This document shows positions 1 through 9,979 of a DNA stretch of 64,000 nucleotides, piece by piece; the first letter of the stretch is position 1; each line of letters begins with the position of its first letter. Under the pieces are notes generated by a model, which saw only the letters and a list, made by a program, of their open reading frames with translations, searched no databases and had not been told where the DNA came from. Source of the stretch: an uncultured virus (IMG/VR IMGVR_UViG_3300032046_001865) (lineage: Duplodnaviria > Heunggongvirae > Uroviricota > Caudoviricetes). The stretch spans positions 1 to 64,000 of the IMG/VR virus record IMGVR_UViG_3300032046_001865. One strand, 5' to 3'. Both the position numbers and the translations under genes were made by a program.

Positions 1-1225
1 TGCATGCTCCAACTGCTCCCCAGATGTCAGACACCCAGCATTCGAAGTCTAGCGCTCGAACGAACTCAACGATCTCTGTGTGAGGCGATCCGATCACAAC
101 AACGTCGTAGTGACTGGCACATGCTTCAGCGCTTGTCAGGTTCGTGAACTCCTCATGTGTGTCGTGATCAAGCAACGTGCTCTCTTTCACCATCGGATCG
201 TGCACGTCCACATGACAGAGATTCAAGAGCAACTGACGCCTCAGTTTCGCTCCAAGACTGTCACGCATGTCATCGCAATCCATCTTGAACGTTGCTCCAA
301 GTAACAAGACACGTGATCCTGTCTTGATGACGCCGAGCTGCTTCATGTGGTTGACGATGAAGACAGGCAAGTGTTCGTTGATCCTCCACGCGCTTGTGAA
401 GATGTCAACCTCGGAGTGTTTCCACGACAGGAAGCCAAAATCCTTGCGAAGACATGTGCCAGCGGCGTAGCCTGGTTTGATCGGTTTGAACCGTGGGTAA
501 CCAGCGCTCGCGAGCTCCATCAGTCGATGTGGATCACGGTTGTGTTCCATCGCTGTCATGGCCAGTTGGTTCCCCAACGCGAATTCGACGTAACGGCGAG
601 CGTTGCAGAAGACCTTGCACAGCTCAGCTTCAAGCACGTCACAGTCGACGAACTGCGAGGCATGTGAGTACAAATCGTGTGCCTTGGCACGCGAGTTCTC
701 GTCGTACGCGCCCACGATCTGCGGCAACGTTAGGAGCTCAGAGTGGGCCAACCCCTCCGAGATCCGTTCGGGTGCGTGTGTGAAGTAGAAGTCAACGCCA
801 AGGGTCCACGTGGGCCTCTCTGCGCGCACGATCTCGATGATGGCGTCACAGATGCCTGGCGCAACCGTGCTGCGTAGGCTGATGTGTTGACCGTCACGAG
901 CTTGTTGAGCCCACTTCCTAACGAACTTGAAGAGGTTTCCAACGTCAGGCTCCATGTGATTCATCAACGGTGTGCCAATGCACACGACCGTGTGATCGTG
1001 ACTGATGCATATGTCGTCAACCAACGGGTCAACGTTCGCAACGAATAACATCTTTTTGGCTATTTCAGCGTCGAACCCTGGCTCGTGGAATGGCATCTTG
1101 CCACTTCTGACAGCTTTCGCGATCTTTGGATCACGTTCAACGATCGCTACGTCATGTGATCTAGCCAACACGAGAGCGAGTGGCAACCCGACACGTCCGG
1201 CTCCAAAGACACACACGTTTGCCAT
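1..1225 (-). CDS. Nucleotide-sugar dehydrogenase (UDP-Glc/GDP-Man/UDP-ManNAc dehydrogenase family), 3' end outside window
   Basis: Not in the ORF track. Manual translation from ATG 1225 gives MANVCVFGAGRVGLPLA, MPFHEPG, CIGTP, LRSTV, HAPERISEG, GYAAGTCLRKD, GATFKMDCDDMRDS. Frame stays open to the window edge. Confidence 0.88.
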   Translation of the reverse strand, partial: MANVCVFGAGRVGLPLALVLARSHDVAIVERDPKIAKAVRSGKMPFHEPGFDAEIAKKMLFVANVDPLVDDICISHDHTVVCIGTPLMNHMEPDVGNLFKFVRKWAQQARDGQHISLRSTVAPGICDAIIEIVRAERPTWTLGVDFYFTHAPERISEGLAHSELLTLPQIVGAYDENSRAKAHDLYSHASQFVDCDVLEAELCKVFCNARRYVEFALGNQLAMTAMEHNRDPHRLMELASAGYPRFKPIKPGYAAGTCLRKDFGFLSWKHSEVDIFTSAWRINEHLPVFIVNHMKQLGVIKTGSRVLLLGATFKMDCDDMRDSLGAKLRRQLLLNLCHVDVHDPMVKESTLLDHDTHEEFTNLTSAEACASHYDVVVIGSPHTEIVEFVRALDFECWVSDIWGAVGAC

Positions 1226-1245
1226 TACCTTCTATCATAGTTCCG
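1226..1245. promoter_or_regulatory. Overlapping divergent -10-like hexamers (TATCAT on +, TATGAT on -)
   Basis: 20-bp gap between divergent ATGs; hexamers lie 7 and 8 nt from the starts. Confidence 0.5.
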
Positions 1246-2424
1246 ATGCAAGAATTGAAGCAAGCGTGTTTGGTCTGTCAAGAACAACGTCTCGTTGACG
1301 TCTTGGATCTAGGGATGCACCCATGTGCTGACACGTTCGTGTCGCGTGGGCAGTACGCTGGCTGCGACAAGGTGTGGCCGCTGATCGTCTGCATGTGCGA
1401 GAACTGTGGCCACGTTCAGACGAGATACCGTGTTTCACAGGACACGCGATACAAAGAGACCGAGTACTCGTTTGTGTCATCCCACTCTGAGAGTTACCGA
1501 AAGTACTGGAACGAGTTCGCGTTGAAACACACCAATCCAGGACAGACGATCGTTGAACTCGGGTGCAACGACGGTTACCTTTTGAAGAAGTGCGAAGACA
1601 ACGGGTGTCACGCATTTGGGATCGATCCGTCTGAAGCAATGGTCACGATCGCATTGGCGCGTGGTTTGGACGTTTTCTGTGGGTACTTTGAAGATGGCAT
1701 CATCTCACGCGACAACTGTGTTGATCTTCTGATTGCGTGTAACGTTCTGAACCACGTTGACAACATCCAGCGATGCATGGAGACCGCGTTCAACGTGCTC
1801 AAGGATGATGGGCGATTTGTGATCCAGGTTCCGTCGTGGTCATGGATGGTGGAGAACGGTGGTTTCGACCAAGTGTATCACGAGCATGTGCATTACTTCT
1901 CAGTCGCTTCCATGGCGTCAATGGCGAAGCGTTTTGGCTTCACAATGACAGATGTGGAGCTTGTCAACTTCCATGGCGTTAGCATGGTTGTGACGTTGCG
2001 AAAAGGTGACGTTGCATCGTCATGCGACGTTGGGACCCACCCTGACGTGGCGACCATCACGATCGCGTCAAAGAAGTTCGACACGCACGTTGAGCGCCTC
2101 CAGTCTGAGCTATTCGCGTTGCGAGCCGTGGGTAGAACCGTGTTCACGTTGGGTGCTAGCGCGAAAGGAAACACTCTTCTGACCTGTGCACATGCCACCC
2201 ATCGCGAGGTTAAAGCAGTTCTCGAGGTGTCGGACAGGAAGATCGACAAGTTCACTCCACTGTCTAGGATCCCAATCGTCGACGAGGGAACGTTGGCGAT
2301 GCACAACGATCCTGTAGTGGTGTTGACCACACGCAACCTACCAACGTCGGTCGTGAACAACCTAAAGAGAATCAATCCAACGACCGAGGTGCTTGCTCCG
2401 TTTTCTGACGAGGTTTCAACATGA
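1246..2424 (+). CDS. NDP-hexose 3-C-methyltransferase-like SAM methyltransferase (N-terminal Zn site, C-methyltransferase C-terminal domain)
   Basis: CLVC..LDLGMHP..CENCGHVQ, ELGCNDG, FDQVYHEH, GASAKGNTLL; start moved to ATG 1246. Confidence 0.85.
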   Translation: MQELKQACLVCQEQRLVDVLDLGMHPCADTFVSRGQYAGCDKVWPLIVCMCENCGHVQTRYRVSQDTRYKETEYSFVSSHSESYRKYWNEFALKHTNPGQTIVELGCNDGYLLKKCEDNGCHAFGIDPSEAMVTIALARGLDVFCGYFEDGIISRDNCVDLLIACNVLNHVDNIQRCMETAFNVLKDDGRFVIQVPSWSWMVENGGFDQVYHEHVHYFSVASMASMAKRFGFTMTDVELVNFHGVSMVVTLRKGDVASSCDVGTHPDVATITIASKKFDTHVERLQSELFALRAVGRTVFTLGASAKGNTLLTCAHATHREVKAVLEVSDRKIDKFTPLSRIPIVDEGTLAMHNDPVVVLTTRNLPTSVVNNLKRINPTTEVLAPFSDEVST

Positions 2425-2792
2425 AGATCAAGATCGAACCAGCCCACTCCGACGACCGCGGGGACATCGTTGACGTCCTGTACAAGGAACCAACTGACCA
2501 CGTCGGGATCGTGACGTTCACTGTCGACGCCGTTCGCGGGAACCACTTTCACAAGGAGACGACGCAGACGAACTACATGATCAGCGGCAAGGTGGAGTAC
2601 CACTCCATGTTCGTGAGCGGCGGCTTCCACCAGACATGCGTCATGGAAGCTGGCGACATGACGGTGAGCAAGCCAAATGAGATCCACGCGTTCAAGGCGT
2701 TGGAGCCAGCCGTCATGCTTGTGATGAGTCGTGGTCCACGAGGCGGCAAGGATTACGAAAGCGACACGTACCGACCGTGCAAGCTCGTATGA
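2421..2792 (+). CDS. Cupin-fold sugar epimerase/isomerase (RmlC/FdtA-like)
   Basis: DDRG, RGNHFHK, EIHAF cupin motifs; sugar-pathway context. Confidence 0.75.
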   Translation: MKIKIEPAHSDDRGDIVDVLYKEPTDHVGIVTFTVDAVRGNHFHKETTQTNYMISGKVEYHSMFVSGGFHQTCVMEAGDMTVSKPNEIHAFKALEPAVMLVMSRGPRGGKDYESDTYRPCKLV

Positions 2793-3640
2793 GAGCTCTT
2801 GTCTTAGGATCCACCGGCTTCGTTGGAAAAAACCTTGTGAAGACGTTGGATGCTAGAGGACACACAACAGTTGAAGCGTGGAGAGAATACGATCTCACTG
2901 AGCTCGACTCAGCGCGAACTTCGATCGAAAATGCACGTGAACCCGATGTCATCTTCTTCTGCGCTGACGTTGCGATCCGTCATTGGCATACTGATCCTTC
3001 GTTTGCGTTCTGTCGACAGCTGACGATGCAAGCGAACGTTGTGGAGGCCTGGAAGACGTACGCGCCGGACGCGAAGCTCGTGTGCTTCACGTCCCACACG
3101 GCGTGGCCGGCATCGCATCACGTCTTGACCGAGGACAACATGGAGGACGGCGCGTTGATGGCGACCTGGGAGGGTTACGGGCAGTGCAAACGCACGCTGA
3201 TCTCACAGTTGAGAACGTCCGGCAATGATTGGCTCGCTCTTGCGTTATGTACGCAGTTCGGGCCTAACGACAACAGTGACAGGTTCTTTCCGACCGTCGT
3301 CAAGAAGCTGACAGCTGACCCGTTGAAGCTCGCGTTAGAGGGTAACCCTGACGATCTGCGCACCTTTGCATTTGTGGAGGACACGGCACATAACATCGTG
3401 TTAGCGAGTGAGACGGTCTCTAACCGTGTGCTCGTGGTCGCGGGTGGGAACACGATGAGCACGTCTCAGGTTGTCGATCAACTGTGTCAAGCACGTGGGT
3501 TGAACCCGATAGTCGAGTACAAAGGACAACATTGGAACGCGGGCAGTAGGCTCTTCAACTCCGATACCTACGAACGGATGTTCCCCGCGTTCCGAAAGAC
3601 CGAGATCCCCGTGGCTGTCAAGCGAAGCCTGGTCCCGTGA
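2789..3640 (+). CDS. NAD-dependent epimerase/4-ketoreductase (extended SDR)
   Basis: GSTGFVG, YGQCK (YxxxK), FGPND; ATGA overlap with the upstream gene. Confidence 0.8.
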   Translation: MRALVLGSTGFVGKNLVKTLDARGHTTVEAWREYDLTELDSARTSIENAREPDVIFFCADVAIRHWHTDPSFAFCRQLTMQANVVEAWKTYAPDAKLVCFTSHTAWPASHHVLTEDNMEDGALMATWEGYGQCKRTLISQLRTSGNDWLALALCTQFGPNDNSDRFFPTVVKKLTADPLKLALEGNPDDLRTFAFVEDTAHNIVLASETVSNRVLVVAGGNTMSTSQVVDQLCQARGLNPIVEYKGQHWNAGSRLFNSDTYERMFPAFRKTEIPVAVKRSLVP

Positions 3641-4317
3641 AGAAGATCTCGATCCTGTTGCCCAGTAGAGGGCGCATCGAGCAGACGAAGGCGTCCGTGG
3701 AAAGCTTGTTCACGCTCGCAGACGATCCCACAAGGTTTGAGATCTGCGCACGAATAGACTCGGATGATGTTGAGAGCATCAAGCTCTACGAGCAGCTGGC
3801 GATCGATCACGACAACGTCAAGTACGTGATCAAGAAGCGAGGTAAAGGCTACCACATCCTGAACGTCTTGTACGACGAAGCGATGTCGATGTCTGATCCA
3901 GAGGCAGACTACGTGTACGTCTGGGGCAACGACAACATCATGGAGACGCGTGGGTGGGACACGAAGTTGATCGCGTGCACTGTCAAGAATCCAGCCGTCG
4001 TGTGGCCGAACAAGAATGGACTCTACTACTGCTTTCCGATCGTCAATAAGAGGTGGTTCACCTTGTTTGGGAACGGAAAGTTCCCTGACTGCCCGTTCGT
4101 GGACACGTTCTTCTACTTCACCATGATGTACGCTGTCAAGACCACTAGCCGCGACACCGAGGAGTTAGAGACGTTGTCCGGGTTGGACGTTCGACACAAC
4201 ATCGTTCACGATGTGATCCACAACGAGGCAAAGAAGAAGGAAGCACCACGTCCCACACGTGATGCGATCGTGAAAAATGCGATCATTGATGCGGCAAAGT
4301 TGGTCAAGGAGTGGTGA
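3637..4317 (+). CDS. Glycosyltransferase, GT-A (GT2-like)
   Basis: ISILLPSRGR, IDSDD, WGNDN. Confidence 0.7.
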   Translation: MKKISILLPSRGRIEQTKASVESLFTLADDPTRFEICARIDSDDVESIKLYEQLAIDHDNVKYVIKKRGKGYHILNVLYDEAMSMSDPEADYVYVWGNDNIMETRGWDTKLIACTVKNPAVVWPNKNGLYYCFPIVNKRWFTLFGNGKFPDCPFVDTFFYFTMMYAVKTTSRDTEELETLSGLDVRHNIVHDVIHNEAKKKEAPRPTRDAIVKNAIIDAAKLVKEW

Positions 4318-5238
4318 TCAGACTTTCTTTGAGACCGCGCGCCCAACCATAGCTTCCCAATCGCGACATTCGCGAATCTCAAGATTCTTTGCCCAAACAC
4401 CGTTCATGACCTTGGGATCGATACCAAGAACCTTGGCGACGTAGATCAGAGCGTTCATGTCTTTTGGAAAGCAGTGACCGCCGAAGCCACGGTTCCCATC
4501 CGGGCCTGGAACAGACCAATGAGATCCGCCAAGACGTTCGTCGAACCGTGCGTACTCAATCACCTTGTCGTAATCAATGTCGAGCCCGATCTTGTCTAAC
4601 TCCTCACAGATCTGAGCGACTTCGTTAGCAAAAGCGACCTTCGTCGCGAGGAAACAATTGGTCACGTACTTGACCATCTCAGCAGTTGTGCTGCTCGTTT
4701 TCATGAGTGGAACCTTCGGGAAGGCAGTTTGGAAGATCTGCTTCACCTTGTTGATGTGAGGGCGTGGCCCGCCCAGCACGATGCGATTCTGGTTACGCAT
4801 ATCGTCGAGCGCGTTGGCCTCTGTCAAAAATTCTGGACAGAAGACAACACGTAAACCGGTCTTCTGGAAGGTTTTGTTCCAACGTACAGTCGAGCCAGGC
4901 GGCACGGTCGACTTCACAACCGCGACGCGTTCGCCAGGGATGGACGCAAGCTCCTTCAACACGCTGTCAACGATGCTTAGGTCAGCCGAGCCATCCTCGT
5001 GCATCGGCGTCGGGACGCACACAAAGTAGACGCCTGTGAAGTCCTTGGCAATGGTCTCGTATCGCTCTACGTGTGTGACAAAGTCAGACAACTTGCCTGT
5101 GCGTGTTGGCCTGTATCCGCCTAGTGCGACCTTGTCGGCCTTGTCGAACGTTTGCACAGTGAACCCGCGTTCAGACATAACAATGGTGAGTGAGCCGCCA
5201 ACAAATCCTTGACCGATGACCGCGATTGTTTTCTTCAC
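4318..5238 (-). CDS. ugd: UDP-glucose 6-dehydrogenase-like protein, short form
   Basis: GQGFVG, CVPTP, KSTVPPG, PEFLTE, GFGGHCFPKD. Confidence 0.85.
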   Translation of the reverse strand: MKKTIAVIGQGFVGGSLTIVMSERGFTVQTFDKADKVALGGYRPTRTGKLSDFVTHVERYETIAKDFTGVYFVCVPTPMHEDGSADLSIVDSVLKELASIPGERVAVVKSTVPPGSTVRWNKTFQKTGLRVVFCPEFLTEANALDDMRNQNRIVLGGPRPHINKVKQIFQTAFPKVPLMKTSSTTAEMVKYVTNCFLATKVAFANEVAQICEELDKIGLDIDYDKVIEYARFDERLGGSHWSVPGPDGNRGFGGHCFPKDMNALIYVAKVLGIDPKVMNGVWAKNLEIRECRDWEAMVGRAVSKKV

Positions 5239-6086
5239 GCCTCGTAATTTAGCTTATCGAGGGCAGGCTGAACGATGCGATACCACGCGTCCATTTCATT
5301 TTTGTCAGCGATCATCATTTCATAGACTTCCTCTACTTTAGAGGAGAGCCATTCCAAGGCTTTTTGTTTGGCTGTGCCGCCGTTTCGAATCGCTCTCACC
5401 AGCTCAGCCAACAGATCTTTACCAGCTTCATCTCGAAGCAAGTCATCCAGTGAATGTCGTGTTTTTGATATGTCTTTGTAAGCACGATCGAAGCCGTTGT
5501 TTGCAGCATCCTTGACCATGTCAACAACATCGTCGCGAGTCCAATACTCCGATCCAGCTTCGGCAGCTTTGTTAATCGCCTTCTCTCCTGATTGAAGAGC
5601 GTGTTCGAGATTGAATCCAACTGGACCCAGGTAAGCGGCCTTTAAAAAGTCGGCCCGACGTCCACCTTGAGAATCCGCGTCTGGTTCCACTAGCGCTGGG
5701 TTATCTTTGTTTTGATCGAAGTAGCGTTTGATTACCTGCTGCGCAGCAGGACTGACGCTGTAATCGGCAAATACACTCTTCCAATACTCAAGGGCAGCAG
5801 CTAGCAAAACGATAGAAACAACAGCATTCTCGGCGTACAGACGGTGAAGTCTGTAGTTTGCATCGTATTCACTGACAGCTTGCGCCAAACCCAACACCTT
5901 GGGGATCGGAACACCCTCGTGATTCACGATCTCGGACGTTGAGATCGCGATCAGCGATGTCATCCTGCCGTTCATGTATGACACGATCGCAACACGGTCA
6001 AGCTGTCTGTTCGCTAGATCCATGACATTTGCTTCCTCAATGAGCTGTCGGTGGATGAGCTCACGCAGTTCGTTGAGGGTCAACAC
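5235..6086 (-). CDS. Hypothetical protein, possible head-internal protein
   Basis: 283-aa ORF with N-terminal LNELRELIHRQLIEE motif, preceded by TACCTA. Confidence 0.55.
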   Translation of the reverse strand: MLTLNELRELIHRQLIEEANVMDLANRQLDRVAIVSYMNGRMTSLIAISTSEIVNHEGVPIPKVLGLAQAVSEYDANYRLHRLYAENAVVSIVLLAAALEYWKSVFADYSVSPAAQQVIKRYFDQNKDNPALVEPDADSQGGRRADFLKAAYLGPVGFNLEHALQSGEKAINKAAEAGSEYWTRDDVVDMVKDAANNGFDRAYKDISKTRHSLDDLLRDEAGKDLLAELVRAIRNGGTAKQKALEWLSSKVEEVYEMMIADKNEMDAWYRIVQPALDKLNYEA

Positions 6087-6104
6087 ATCGTTAGGTATGT
6101 TTTG

Positions 6105-6803
6105 TCAGATGATGTTCATGTCGAGGACGCTGACGATCGCGATGTGTCGTTCGTCACCCAGATCAAGGCAAACCTCAACGTCGTTGGTCAACCTGTTGGT
6201 CTCGTAGATCTTGAAACCACCAGCTAACGTGCCGTAATGTTGCAATCCTCCTGGAAAAGAAGGCCTGTACATAACGCAGGCCTCCAGAATGCACCTCACG
6301 TTAGGACCGACGTAGATCTTGTTGGGTGTAACCCCGTGTTGCTTGCGCAGTTCGTTGCTCGCATCGACGATGGTCTCGATGAGCGTCTCGTACCATTCGC
6401 GAACCGTTCCGGTGAAGACGGGTCCCATTGAGAGACTCGAGGTGAGGTCGATAGGATTACCTGTGAGCTTATTGATGAACTTTCCAGGTGCGCGAGACCA
6501 GAACATCCGAAGTTGGTAGACCTCCTGCGAAGGAGGAGCAATGGATGCGATCTTCCCACAGATCATTCCCTCCATGTAAAAGAGATCAGCCTTCACATCC
6601 TCAGCCAGGAACTTCAACCGCACGGATTCAAGAACTTTTTCAGCGGCTTTCAACGAAGGCATCCTAGTGGCGTACCTGATCTCGTAGCTGTCTGCGCTTG
6701 GCATCTGAGCAGCATAGTCACAGATGTTTTCGAACGTGACGATGACCGCGTTGTCGACAAACTGATCTTCTTTGTCTTGCCTGTATCTGTCGATGAACTT
6801 CAC
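6105..6803 (-). CDS. Protein with a C-terminal fragment resembling gp23-like major capsid protein
   Basis: WSRAPGKFINK..FTGTVREWYETLIETIVD..GTL..VLDMNII resembles recalled gp23-type MCPs of large phages. Confidence 0.7.
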   Translation of the reverse strand: MKFIDRYRQDKEDQFVDNAVIVTFENICDYAAQMPSADSYEIRYATRMPSLKAAEKVLESVRLKFLAEDVKADLFYMEGMICGKIASIAPPSQEVYQLRMFWSRAPGKFINKLTGNPIDLTSSLSMGPVFTGTVREWYETLIETIVDASNELRKQHGVTPNKIYVGPNVRCILEACVMYRPSFPGGLQHYGTLAGGFKIYETNRLTNDVEVCLDLGDERHIAIVSVLDMNII

Positions 6804-7789
6804 AAGTACCTTGTTCTTTCTATGGTGCCGCTCAAACTAGCACCGACGAACTCGTCGACAGTCTTCGCGGCATATTCTCCAACGGCCTCATGACTCATGA
6901 GCGGTCGCAAGGCGGCAGCTCGTTTCCCAAGATCGGTGCGGATCGCTGGATGATCCAACAGATGATCAATGCGTGCTTCGAGCGTCTCGTACTCGTAATC
7001 AGGCCCAAGTGACGCGTAGTGCTCCCATTCTTTCAGCGGCCAGCAGCAGTTGTTCTGCGGCAAGGCAAGGATGCATTTACCAAGCACTAAGAACTCGTAG
7101 AACTTGCGACTTGATACTCCAATGCCGGGGAAATCGAGACACACCTTCGTGCGATTGATGACGCTGTAGTACTCGTCTGGCGGCATGAGACCGTCGTAGG
7201 TGACGATGTTGAGATCCTTGCGTCGCTCCTTGATCTCAAGCAGTTTTGCGTAGCCGATGCGACGGTTGGTTGGCCAGTGTTGATTGGTGTTGCGACTCTT
7301 TGGCCAGCAGTACGGCTTGTTGTGATCGTGAACCTTACCGCCAACGAAGAGCACGTCGATGTCCTGTTCGACCTTCGGAAGCGTGTCAGCCACCTTGAAG
7401 ATGCGATCCGGGTCGTTCGTCATGAGGGCAAGCGGGTAGACATCCTCCTTGAACGGGTAGAACACGCGTTGCTCGGACGTGCTCCCATGTTGAATCTTTA
7501 AGACCATGTAGTCTGTGACCTTGTAGTGGTCGATCAGGTTCTGGAAACGCGGCCAGTTGAGCTTGATGTCGAACGGGGTGCCACCCGATCCGTCGTCGCC
7601 GTCGAAGAAGCACAGGAAGTTCTTGCCGTCGCGTTCGTACAAGAAGCACGACCAATTCTTGTTCAACGTGCTGGATGACATGTTCGCGTCCTGAACCGCT
7701 TCAGGAGCGTGCTTCTTGTAGAACTTCGTCAAGAAGTGAACGAAGTGATCGCGATCGTCAATACCGTAACGCGTGATCTTGCCGATCAT
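6800..7789 (-). CDS. Glycosyltransferase (GT-B C-terminal domain, CgeB-like)
   Basis: DIDVLFVG, YYSVINRTKVCLDFPGIG..RKFYEFLVLG. Confidence 0.7.
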   Translation of the reverse strand: MIGKITRYGIDDRDHFVHFLTKFYKKHAPEAVQDANMSSSTLNKNWSCFLYERDGKNFLCFFDGDDGSGGTPFDIKLNWPRFQNLIDHYKVTDYMVLKIQHGSTSEQRVFYPFKEDVYPLALMTNDPDRIFKVADTLPKVEQDIDVLFVGGKVHDHNKPYCWPKSRNTNQHWPTNRRIGYAKLLEIKERRKDLNIVTYDGLMPPDEYYSVINRTKVCLDFPGIGVSSRKFYEFLVLGKCILALPQNNCCWPLKEWEHYASLGPDYEYETLEARIDHLLDHPAIRTDLGKRAAALRPLMSHEAVGEYAAKTVDEFVGASLSGTIERTRYL

Positions 7790-8514
7790 GTTTCCCTCGT
7801 GTAGATCAGCTCTTTGCTGTGGTGGTGGTTGTCCGACTTGCGTCGACTGGTGACAGTTGTCCTAAACGGTTCGAAGGGAAGCCAGTCGGGGATTGTGCCT
7901 GTCTTGGGACATTCGGCCTCACACACGATGACCTGCCCTCGCAGATCAGCGATTTGACCCGTCAAACGTGTGTAATCTAACGTTTTCGCACGGTACTGGT
8001 AGTTGTACTGATACGGAGGGTCGACGAACCATGTGCCTTCAACACCAGGTTTCAGAAGCTCGAGGCCATCGACTCGAACCTTCCAGTGCTTGATGAGGTG
8101 GAACTCGCTCGCGACACGACTTCTCGTGTTCTCGGTCCACTGCCCTGACTTGTTTCCCCACGACGAGACCGTCCAGCAGCTGCCGACGTTGTTCGTTCTC
8201 TGCCACGTCTTCATGAGCAGTTCTTGACCACGGTTCATGCCGAGCTCACGCACATCCGTCCCCTCAGAGATGTTGATAGGCATCTCACGGATGCTCGCCT
8301 CGGTGGCTTCCTCGATGAGCCACCACCACAGCGCGCACACATGCTCGTCAGACTCAGCGAGCAACACGTCTTTGCGATGGTGTCGCAACGAGTAACCAGC
8401 ACTGCCCGCGAACGGCTCGATGATCATGTCATGCGTCGGCGCGGGGTAATGCTTTGCTGCTGTCCATTTCGAGCCGAACCACTTGAAGAGTGGACCTGTG
8501 ATCGTGTCACTCAT
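7786..8514 (-). CDS. N6-adenine DNA methyltransferase (D12/Dam-like)
   Basis: FKWFGSKW, EPFAGSAG, FVDPPY. Confidence 0.8.
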   Translation of the reverse strand: MSDTITGPLFKWFGSKWTAAKHYPAPTHDMIIEPFAGSAGYSLRHHRKDVLLAESDEHVCALWWWLIEEATEASIREMPINISEGTDVRELGMNRGQELLMKTWQRTNNVGSCWTVSSWGNKSGQWTENTRSRVASEFHLIKHWKVRVDGLELLKPGVEGTWFVDPPYQYNYQYRAKTLDYTRLTGQIADLRGQVIVCEAECPKTGTIPDWLPFEPFRTTVTSRRKSDNHHHSKELIYTRET

Positions 8515-9176
8515 GTTTTCTTCTTTCGAATCATGCTCGTCATGCTGTTGTCAGACGTGTAATCGTACGAATGTTCTTTCGGCAACCGCACCCAGATCGT
8601 CACGTGTTTGACGTCTTGACGAAGCGTCTCGAACACGTGACGGCTCACGTACTTGCTGTGGAAATCCTTCTCGTACTTCAGTGACTCGATCATTCTGAAG
8701 GTCGTGTGAACGAGCTTTTCGTTGTGGGCGTCAGCGGAGCAACTTTCAAGCTTTGGCAGGAAGCTCGTGTGGATGTCCTCAACAACGTAGAACCCATCCG
8801 GCTTCACATGACTCCACAGTTTAGAAAAAGTCGACTGTTGATGCTTCATCGTGTGACTACCGTCGTCAACGATAAGGTCCCATGGGCCATGCTTTTCAGA
8901 GAGTTTCACTAGCTCGTTCGTGTCGTTCGCGTCGATCTTGTGAAGTGTAACACCGTCGATGTCCCCGCAACGCTTGATGTCCAGATCGACGCCATGGATC
9001 TCCGCATTTGGAAAGTACTCACGCCACATGCGTAGACTTGCGCCAAAGAACACGCCGATCTCCAAAACCTTCAACGGCTCAGATCTGCGGTCCTCTAGTC
9101 TACGCTCGTAAACTTCGCAGTACCCGTGGTTCGCCTTGTCAGTTCCATGCTTGACAGCAATGTCGTGTAGGTTCAC
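8511..9176 (-). CDS. Class I SAM methyltransferase (sugar O-methyltransferase-like)
   Basis: GTDK, VLEIGV..GASLRMW, DDGSH, VVEDIHTS. Confidence 0.82.
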   Translation of the reverse strand: MNLHDIAVKHGTDKANHGYCEVYERRLEDRRSEPLKVLEIGVFFGASLRMWREYFPNAEIHGVDLDIKRCGDIDGVTLHKIDANDTNELVKLSEKHGPWDLIVDDGSHTMKHQQSTFSKLWSHVKPDGFYVVEDIHTSFLPKLESCSADAHNEKLVHTTFRMIESLKYEKDFHSKYVSRHVFETLRQDVKHVTIWVRLPKEHSYDYTSDNSMTSMIRKKKT

Positions 9177-9979
9177 TTTCTCTCCAAAATGATGAAGTTT
9201 TGATCGTACTTCCCACCCGAGAACCTCCCGCGCTCCAACGCGTTGAACCCCTGCATCTTGTCGATGACGTCGGCGACAACAGGCTGACGGATGTGACCGA
9301 GTGGGTCGTCAGGTTGAGGCACGCCACCGTGTGGGAGCGCTTTCACAGGGAAGGTGATCAGCACACGCGCGTCTAGACGCGTGATGTCGTGAAGGTCAGC
9401 GATGATGTTGTCTTCGGCAGTCTGATCGACATGCTCCAACACCTCGGTCAACGTCACCACGTCAAACGTTGTGTCGTACGTGTCGCGAAGACGATCGAAG
9501 CGAACGTCAAAGTGCTTCACATCCACACCAAGCAACGTCAACAGCTTGTTGTAACAGGGTGAGAAGTCGCACGTGTGAAGGTTGAGATCGTACCTGTAGT
9601 GATCGCGGTAGAGCAAGGCTCCGTGACACCCGTGCGCTGGAGCGATGTCAAGCAGCCTTCCTGCATGTGCTGCGTTTGGAAAGAAGCGAGCGTTAGCGAA
9701 CTCCGGTCGTGGAAACGTCCTCCCGTTCCTCCACGTTGGGTCGACGAACTCACGTTGAGCCCACACCTTCAACATGTCGCGTTCGTCTGTAGGGAGCGCG
9801 AAGTACACACTCAAGAAATCGTCGAACTGCGCCTTGATCCTCGCACCCGTCTCAGCGTCCATCGTGGCGAACGCAACGAGTTCATCGTGAGAGTAAGGGC
9901 TCATGGCATCACCGCCCCAGTCGATGCGGCCATTCGCGAGCTCGGAAGCGCCGAGACGCTTGAGAATGTCGTCGTTCAT
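9173..9979 (-). CDS. Class I SAM methyltransferase
   Basis: LLDIAPAHG, FDVVTLTEVLEHV, LITFP. Confidence 0.7.
   Translation of the reverse strand: MNDDILKRLGASELANGRIDWGGDAMSPYSHDELVAFATMDAETGARIKAQFDDFLSVYFALPTDERDMLKVWAQREFVDPTWRNGRTFPRPEFANARFFPNAAHAGRLLDIAPAHGCHGALLYRDHYRYDLNLHTCDFSPCYNKLLTLLGVDVKHFDVRFDRLRDTYDTTFDVVTLTEVLEHVDQTAEDNIIADLHDITRLDARVLITFPVKALPHGGVPQPDDPLGHIRQPVVADVIDKMQGFNALERGRFSGGKYDQNFIILERK

Noticed and set aside
80..1298. Short plus-strand ORFs in the track
   Set aside because: They are shadows of the minus-strand dehydrogenase at 1-1225, which the track missed because it runs off the edge
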